This document shows, piece after piece, positions 58,256 through 64,000 of a DNA stretch of 64,000 bases; position 1 is the first letter of the stretch; the number at the start of each line of letters is the position of its first letter. The stretch is from the NCBI GenBank assembly GCA_044229845.1, contig JBGASG010000001.1, positions 64,001 to 128,000 of the forward strand. Reading direction: 5' to 3'. Source of the DNA: Candidatus Obscuribacteraceae bacterium (GTDB lineage: Bacteria; Cyanobacteriota; Vampirovibrionia; Obscuribacterales; Obscuribacteraceae). Both the position numbers and the translations under genes were made by a program. The notes below the pieces were generated by a model. That model was not told the DNA's origin, made no database searches, and saw only the letters and a program-made list of their open reading frames with translations.

Positions 58256-60856
58256 TTATTCAGTCGCGGCGGTGTTGTTGAGTATGAGCTTTGATTTGGT
58301 CTGTCTCTCCAGCTGCTCTTTAGAGAGCGCCATCGGTAATACGTCGTTGCGCAACCAGGACGGCAGCTGATTGTCTCTGAAAGGTGAAAGGTAATGTCCT
58401 GATTGTCCCGGCAGTACCAGCTGATACATTTTTTCGTCATCCGCCATGTCGATCAAAATGCGAGCGGTAGGTCCAGCCTTGACGCGAAACGGCTTTTGCG
58501 GGTCGGCGGCGGATATATCGCAGGTCATGATGGAGTTTTCATCGCCTCCGGCCTGTACACCGCCTACGGTGCTGAAGAGGGTAAAGACAGGCGAGCGGAA
58601 GTCCAGAGGAGCAGCAAATTCTATTTGATGGATGCCGCCCCATGCCCAGTCTTTGAGCGGCTTGTTCAAGAAACTTATGCGAAGTTCCTTTGCGCTTTGC
58701 ATGAATGATGCCAATAAAAAAGTGTCATACGAGCGAAACTGCGGCGGCAGCCAGCGCGGCGGCAGGTCACGCACGCAATGTTCGGTGAAGGTCGACCACA
58801 TCGGCCAGCGCTCGAGATACTGGTTGGTCATGTCGATGCCCAGCTTGGGCTCAATGCTGCGGCGGGCGACCTGCATGAAAAAGGTCTCGTAAAACGAAGC
58901 CGGCATGCTGCTGGTTTTTAGCTGTCCGTCCCATTGATCGAGAGCCTGAATGGCCGGGCGCAGGGTCGAGTCGCTGGTCGGGCAGCGGTTGATGGCGGCT
59001 ATCAGTTGCTGGCGCACGACATTGCCGGAGGCGGCGTATTGATCTGTGAGGACAGCCCCGACGCTGGCCAGCGATATGGAAGGCGCCGGCGGTGTCTGAA
59101 TCTCCAGCATGCGCAGCAGGCGGTTGGCGCGGTAAGGCGGGCTGAACTGCTTGCCGAAAAACATATTGGCCGGCGCTGCCGGAGCACCGATTGCGTGCGG
59201 GATCAGTTTTTGGTTGGCGGCGACCAGAACTCCGGTGCCGCTCGTGAGCTTTTGTCCGGCCGGCAACGTGGTGAAAGGCAGGCGCTGGGGCGATATGGTG
59301 CCGGTCCACGCCCCGTCGTTGCTCCAGGCGCTCATCAGTGTGGTGCCGTCGGCGGTGCCCTGGCGCACCGGAATGCTGCCTGCCGAGAGACAACCGATGT
59401 TGCCGGAGCGGTCGGCGTACATAAAGGCGGACGGCGGGTCTGCGTATGTGACGAGTGCCTGTTTGAAGGTATTCCAGTCCTGCGCATGATTCAAGGCGTA
59501 GCAGGTGTTGAAGGCAGGCTTGGTGGCGTCGGAACCGGTCCATGAGAGCGCGACGCCGGTGTCGCCATTGCGGAAGAGAATCGGTCCTCGCTCCGTGGTG
59601 GTGATGCGGTGTTCGGTATCGCGGCTCCAGCGCACGGGAATCACTTCGGTGCGGTCGGTGACGTTTTGCCAGCCCTTTGACGCGCGTACTTTTTGACCGA
59701 ACTGAGAATCGAATTGCTCGACGAACAGGTCCTGTACATCGGCTTTCAGACTGGCGGTCACCCAGCCGATCTTGTCGTTGCGCCCGATCAAAATTCCCGG
59801 TACTCCGGGGATGGTGGCGCCGGCAAGGCGCAGTCCGGGAGCATTGATCGAAAGCGCATACCAGAGTGGTGGTATCGTCAGGCGCTCATGTTTTTCGCAG
59901 ACCAAAAGTGCACCGCCCGTGTAGCTGCGTGCCGGTGCGACGGCGATGGCGGTGCTGCCGTTGATCCATCTTTTGGGCAGGAGAGTCTCTACCTCAGCAA
60001 GTTTTTTGAGCCCGTCGCCGAGCTTTGTCTGGTCGACATAACCGACCGGCGAACGGCGAGATGCCGGTGCGGGAGCGGGTGTGCCCGGTTTGGCGGTGGG
60101 TGTGCCCGGTTTGGCGGTGGGTGTGCCCGGTTTGGCGGTGGGTGAGGGCGCAGCGACTGATTCTGTCGGTGGCGCGGATGTCGGCTGGTCTGAGAGAGGC
60201 GAAACGAAGTCATCGCGAAACAGGTCGGCGTAAGTGTCTCTGTCGACCTTCTCTTTGACGCGCTGGCGCAGGTCATCGAGCTTCCACGATTCATCTAACT
60301 CGTAGGCGAGATATTTCATCACCGCCAGAGTGTCCGCTGGTCTCCAGGCTTTGGGGCGGTAGCCGAGCAGCGAAAATTCGACGTTTAACTGATCGGCATT
60401 TGCCGACAAATAGCGATTTACGCCCAGGCAATATTGTTCGAGCGCCGCCTTGGCCAGCGGGGTGAGATGGCTGACCTCATCTTCGGCGATGCGGCGGATG
60501 CCGACGGTGCGCATCAATCTGTCGGCGGGAATGGTGCTGGAGCCGAAGACTTCCGACAGCTCGCCATTGGCGGCGCGACGCAGGAGGTCCATCTGGAACA
60601 TCCGTTCGCGCGCAACCAGATAGCCCTGTGCTTGATAGGCGTCGGACTCGCTCTTCGCTTCTATGTACGGCACACCCAGTGCATCGAAGTTGACGAGGAC
60701 GTAATTCTCCAGTCGGGGCATGGCAACCACGCCTGACATGGGCGGCAACGGGCGCCGCATCCACCACCAGGCGGACAGGGGCGTGGCGATGATCAGTACC
60801 ACTGCCGCCGCTATCCAGATCGCTTTCGAGATGGCGAATGTTGTTTTTTTGGCCAT
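58256..60856 (-). CDS. Penicillin acylase family (Ntn hydrolase)
   Basis: GVPYIEA, AQGY, RMFQMDLLRR, GELSEVFG, PGQSGH. Confidence 0.88.
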   Translation of the reverse strand: MAKKTTFAISKAIWIAAAVVLIIATPLSAWWWMRRPLPPMSGVVAMPRLENYVLVNFDALGVPYIEAKSESDAYQAQGYLVARERMFQMDLLRRAANGELSEVFGSSTIPADRLMRTVGIRRIAEDEVSHLTPLAKAALEQYCLGVNRYLSANADQLNVEFSLLGYRPKAWRPADTLAVMKYLAYELDESWKLDDLRQRVKEKVDRDTYADLFRDDFVSPLSDQPTSAPPTESVAAPSPTAKPGTPTAKPGTPTAKPGTPAPAPASRRSPVGYVDQTKLGDGLKKLAEVETLLPKRWINGSTAIAVAPARSYTGGALLVCEKHERLTIPPLWYALSINAPGLRLAGATIPGVPGILIGRNDKIGWVTASLKADVQDLFVEQFDSQFGQKVRASKGWQNVTDRTEVIPVRWSRDTEHRITTTERGPILFRNGDTGVALSWTGSDATKPAFNTCYALNHAQDWNTFKQALVTYADPPSAFMYADRSGNIGCLSAGSIPVRQGTADGTTLMSAWSNDGAWTGTISPQRLPFTTLPAGQKLTSGTGVLVAANQKLIPHAIGAPAAPANMFFGKQFSPPYRANRLLRMLEIQTPPAPSISLASVGAVLTDQYAASGNVVRQQLIAAINRCPTSDSTLRPAIQALDQWDGQLKTSSMPASFYETFFMQVARRSIEPKLGIDMTNQYLERWPMWSTFTEHCVRDLPPRWLPPQFRSYDTFLLASFMQSAKELRISFLNKPLKDWAWGGIHQIEFAAPLDFRSPVFTLFSTVGGVQAGGDENSIMTCDISAADPQKPFRVKAGPTARILIDMADDEKMYQLVLPGQSGHYLSPFRDNQLPSWLRNDVLPMALSKEQLERQTKSKLILNNTAATE
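60077..60144. repeat. In-frame 21-bp tandem repeat, about 3.2 copies (PTAKPGT)
   Basis: GGGTGTGCCCGGTTTGGCGGT at 60077, 60098, 60119. Confidence 0.95.
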
Positions 60857-60865
60857 TAACAACTT

Positions 60866-62272
60866 GTGTCCCAAGCGGGTTCACAGTGTAGAGGAATCGT
60901 CGGGCGCGCGCCTGAAGTCTGGCAAAGGCTGCGGGTTGCAAAGCGCTATACACTGGAGCGCGTGGGAGAGCGCCAGAAATCACGTGGAAACAGACAAGTC
61001 CGGCCGGATCTTCTTTTGCTGTGCCTGGCTGCGGCGGCCGTGCGCGTGCCATTTATCTTTACCGTCCCCATGCGTGAAGCTCCGGATGAGTTCTCGCACT
61101 TCTGGGTAATTAAGTTTCTTCACGATCATCTGCGTCTGCCGAGCGCCGCCGAGGTCACTGCGGGCGGTGCATCAGGGGTCTACGGTTCGTTGCCGCAATT
61201 CGGATATGTGCCCCATGTTCTGCTGACCATGCCGTTTCCTGAAGACATGCAGATGCTGACTGCCCGTTTCGGCAGTTTGATGATGGGACTGGTGATGATC
61301 TGGGCGGCCTACCACACCGGACAGATGCTGTTCAAAAAAGACAATCTGCTCGCTTACGCTCTGCCGTGCACTTTGATCGTGCACCCGCAACTGGCGTTTC
61401 TTCACTGCTACTCGAACAGCGATTCGACGTCTTCGGCGCTCAGCAGCGTCATTATCCTGCTCATGCTGCAAATAATTTATCAAGGCGTCAGCCTGCGCCA
61501 CGCCACCATAATTGGTGCTCTGTCGGGTTGGATGGCGCTCAGTAAATTTTCTACCCTGGCCGTGATTCCGGTTGTGGCACTGGCGGTGGTGGCTTCGACG
61601 ATAATTCACGGCTCCGGCTGGGGGCTGGCAGTGCTCTCGCTTATGGCGATGGGCGCAGCGGGGGCGGCAGTTTCCGGCTGGTGGCTGGTGCGCAATTACT
61701 ATGAGTTCAACGGCGACATCATGGGCACGAAAACCATGTACGCCACCTGGGCAAAACTATTCAATCGCAAGCAAGATTTCTACCTGCCTCCTTCGCACAT
61801 CGTCAAAAACTTCAGCTGGTGGCGCATGCTGTTTTTCAGCTACTGGGGGCTGTTCGGCTATATGACGCGCTACATGTGGCGACCCGTGTATGTGGTCTAT
61901 GCCGTCTTTTTCTTCCCGTCCATAGTCGGGATAATTCGCACCACTTTCAGTGGCATTAAAACTTGTCTGGCGGACGGGCGGCGTTTGCTGACCGCGCAAA
62001 GTATCGCCTGGATCTGCCTGCTGTTGATTGTTTTGATCAACATAGCGTCTATCGTCTGGGCTTCCATGGTCAATCTCGGAGGACCTCAGGGCCGCTATCT
62101 GTTCACATCGGAGATCCCGATCATTTCGCTGATTATTCTGGGACTCAACTCTATCTGCAGGAAGTACGGTCACAAGTTCGTCATAGCCTTCGTCTTCTGG
62201 AACGCCATGGTCTGCATCGGATCGTTTATCTATCTCTTCTCTCTTTATGGATTTAATCCACGTCCTTACTGA
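60866..62272 (+). CDS. GT-C fold membrane glycosyltransferase (GT39/DUF2142-like)
   Basis: APDE..H, many TMs, QGRYLF; start uncertain. Confidence 0.75.
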   Translation: MSQAGSQCRGIVGRAPEVWQRLRVAKRYTLERVGERQKSRGNRQVRPDLLLLCLAAAAVRVPFIFTVPMREAPDEFSHFWVIKFLHDHLRLPSAAEVTAGGASGVYGSLPQFGYVPHVLLTMPFPEDMQMLTARFGSLMMGLVMIWAAYHTGQMLFKKDNLLAYALPCTLIVHPQLAFLHCYSNSDSTSSALSSVIILLMLQIIYQGVSLRHATIIGALSGWMALSKFSTLAVIPVVALAVVASTIIHGSGWGLAVLSLMAMGAAGAAVSGWWLVRNYYEFNGDIMGTKTMYATWAKLFNRKQDFYLPPSHIVKNFSWWRMLFFSYWGLFGYMTRYMWRPVYVVYAVFFFPSIVGIIRTTFSGIKTCLADGRRLLTAQSIAWICLLLIVLINIASIVWASMVNLGGPQGRYLFTSEIPIISLIILGLNSICRKYGHKFVIAFVFWNAMVCIGSFIYLFSLYGFNPRPY

Positions 62273-62363
62273 TTTAAGGCGACCGTCGTAGTTTCCCCAA
62301 TTGTGAGCACTTGAGGGCGGGAGTACTATCGACCTGGTTAATGGCGTTTTTTCATCCACGTCA

Positions 62364-63722
62364 ATGGCAGACCAGGTCAAAGCCACAGATGAGCCGGCTG
62401 TTCCCAACAAGGGACAGATGGGACCCGATTGGTCTGGAAGTGCCTGTCCGACTTCGCGTGAATACAACGACATTATCTCGGTCTTTCGCAACTACTCGCT
62501 CGACCCGAAGAAACTCGGCGATCTCGATGCGCTGGACAACAAGTACAACTGCGAAATTCACTCGCCCGCCGATGCGGTGACTTACGGCAAGGAAGCGTTG
62601 CATACTCTGCACGACAAGTATGCCGCCGTCATGTCGAACATCGAAGTGGACGCGTTCTTGACCAGCCTGCGCGGCGATATTCAGGGCGTCGGCGTGCAGA
62701 TGCGCCGCGACACCGATCCCGCCACCGGCAAAGGCGTGGACAACGGACCAGTACACATCTCGCGGGTATTTCCGGACACTCCGGCGGCGGCTGCCGGCTT
62801 GCAGAAGGGCGACCTGATTGTGAAGGTCAACGGCGACCCGGTTGCGCAAAAGAGCCTCGACCAGGTGACCAACGCGATACGCGGTCCGGTCGGCGATCCG
62901 GTGACGCTCACCATCTCGCGCGGCGGCGAAGAATTCGATCGCACCATCACGCGCAGCCAGATGCACATACCGGCAGTCAGCGATGCCCAGTTGCTGCCAG
63001 GCAATGTGGCGTACATCCAGTTGCAGTCGTTCGAAGCCAACAGTTCTGCCGAAGAAGTGAAGGCGGCGCTCGAGAAATTTCGCGACTCTCGCGGTGTGAT
63101 TCTCGATTTGCGCGATAATCCGGGTGGGCAGCGCGATCTGGCGATACTGGTCACGTCGCTCTTCATGGAAAAAGGCGTCGTCATGACGGTCGACGACCGC
63201 ATTCCATCCCCGATCACCGATCCGCGCTTCCAGCGCACCACCATCTCGTTGACCACGGACAATATCGTCTCGCAGGCGGGTGCCGGTACGCCACAGCAGA
63301 CGATTCGCTATCCCGATCTGGTCAATCGCCCCACCGTGATTTTGGTCAACGGCGGCAGCGCCTCCGCTTCCGAAATCGTTGCCGGCGCGTTGCAGGACAG
63401 CCGGGATGCGCACTTGATCGGCACGCGCACCGGCGGCAAAGGCGTCGGACAGTCATTCTTCGACGGTCCGGACGGCAGTTTGATCAAGCTGACGTCCTCG
63501 CGATCTTTGTTGCCCAAGGGGCGCTGGGTTGGCGACGGCGACCAGAACACCATCGGCATCGAACCTGATGAAGTCGTACAAAATCCAGCCAACGCCCAAC
63601 CGCTCTCGCCTGACGACGTCCAACTGCAAGCGGCGCTCAAGTGGATAGCCGCGCAACCTGATGCCAAGCCGCCCAGCTGGTTGCCGCGTTTCAACTTCTG
63701 GCCTTTTTCAAGAAACGGCTAA
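62364..63722 (+). CDS. S41 family C-terminal processing peptidase with PDZ domain
   Basis: GVG, DLRDNPGG, SASASE, GKG, GIEPD. Confidence 0.93.
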   Translation: MADQVKATDEPAVPNKGQMGPDWSGSACPTSREYNDIISVFRNYSLDPKKLGDLDALDNKYNCEIHSPADAVTYGKEALHTLHDKYAAVMSNIEVDAFLTSLRGDIQGVGVQMRRDTDPATGKGVDNGPVHISRVFPDTPAAAAGLQKGDLIVKVNGDPVAQKSLDQVTNAIRGPVGDPVTLTISRGGEEFDRTITRSQMHIPAVSDAQLLPGNVAYIQLQSFEANSSAEEVKAALEKFRDSRGVILDLRDNPGGQRDLAILVTSLFMEKGVVMTVDDRIPSPITDPRFQRTTISLTTDNIVSQAGAGTPQQTIRYPDLVNRPTVILVNGGSASASEIVAGALQDSRDAHLIGTRTGGKGVGQSFFDGPDGSLIKLTSSRSLLPKGRWVGDGDQNTIGIEPDEVVQNPANAQPLSPDDVQLQAALKWIAAQPDAKPPSWLPRFNFWPFSRNG

Positions 63723-63818
63723 AGCCGCCTTCCTGGCCTCGAGCCATCAATAAGGGTGGCCGAGTTAGTTAAAGCAAGGCGCCCTTCAGCCGTAGCAATT
63801 TTTCAACGGCTCCTGCCG

Positions 63819-63879
63819 TTGTCACAATTGGTGCCATCGATTGTGACAAATAGGCTCCGGAACCCCCGTTGGTCACAAT
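63819..63879. promoter_or_regulatory. Candidate transcription-factor site
   Basis: TTGTCACAAT-N11-ATTGTGACAA plus a third half-site GTCACAAT. Confidence 0.45.
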
Positions 63880-64000
63880 AGAACGGCATTGCCTTACCCG
63901 GTAGAGCCAGTGTTGCTGCGGGGTACTCACGCGGGGGAAAGTACGAAGCGCCAGACGGGAAACCGTGTGGGCATTAGACGATGTTGTCAGTAGTATGAGA

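Noticed and set aside
62361..63413. 350-aa - strand ORF
   Set aside because: Antisense shadow of the S41 peptidase

Overview
This 64-kb bacterial window has moderately high GC; the gene mix suggests a non-photosynthetic Cyanobacteriota (Melainabacteria-like) host, which is an inference only. It has three zones. (1) 1-28.1 kb is an accessory-rich patchwork: NagZ, patatin, ArfB, a CvfC-like protein, a beta-lactamase-family hydrolase, an OmpH-OmpH-caspase fusion, four toxin-antitoxin-type modules, and two broken genes, one being a ~1450-aa Ser/Thr kinase-ATPase-TPR gene split by a 17-bp tandem duplication. (2) 28,111-43,231 is a ~15-kb element integrated at tRNA-Pro(TGG) and bounded by 52-bp direct repeats. 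It carries a satellite-like core (integrase, AlpA, P-loop ATPase, AEP primase), an HNH gene, a second tyrosine integrase with a hairpin-rich leader, and a 7-gene cargo operon. Three consecutive cargo proteins share a short A-x-D-I-x-Q-x-N motif and shuffled domains, followed by a trypsin-like protease and a candidate HEPN nuclease. This operon is the best candidate for an undescribed defence or signalling system. (3) 43.3-64 kb is core-like genes: SH3 protein, histidine phosphatase, TPR-CHAT, OmpR regulator, SpoIID, DUF3160, serA, penicillin acylase, GT-C glycosyltransferase and an S41 protease. All family calls come from motif recognition by eye; no searches were run.
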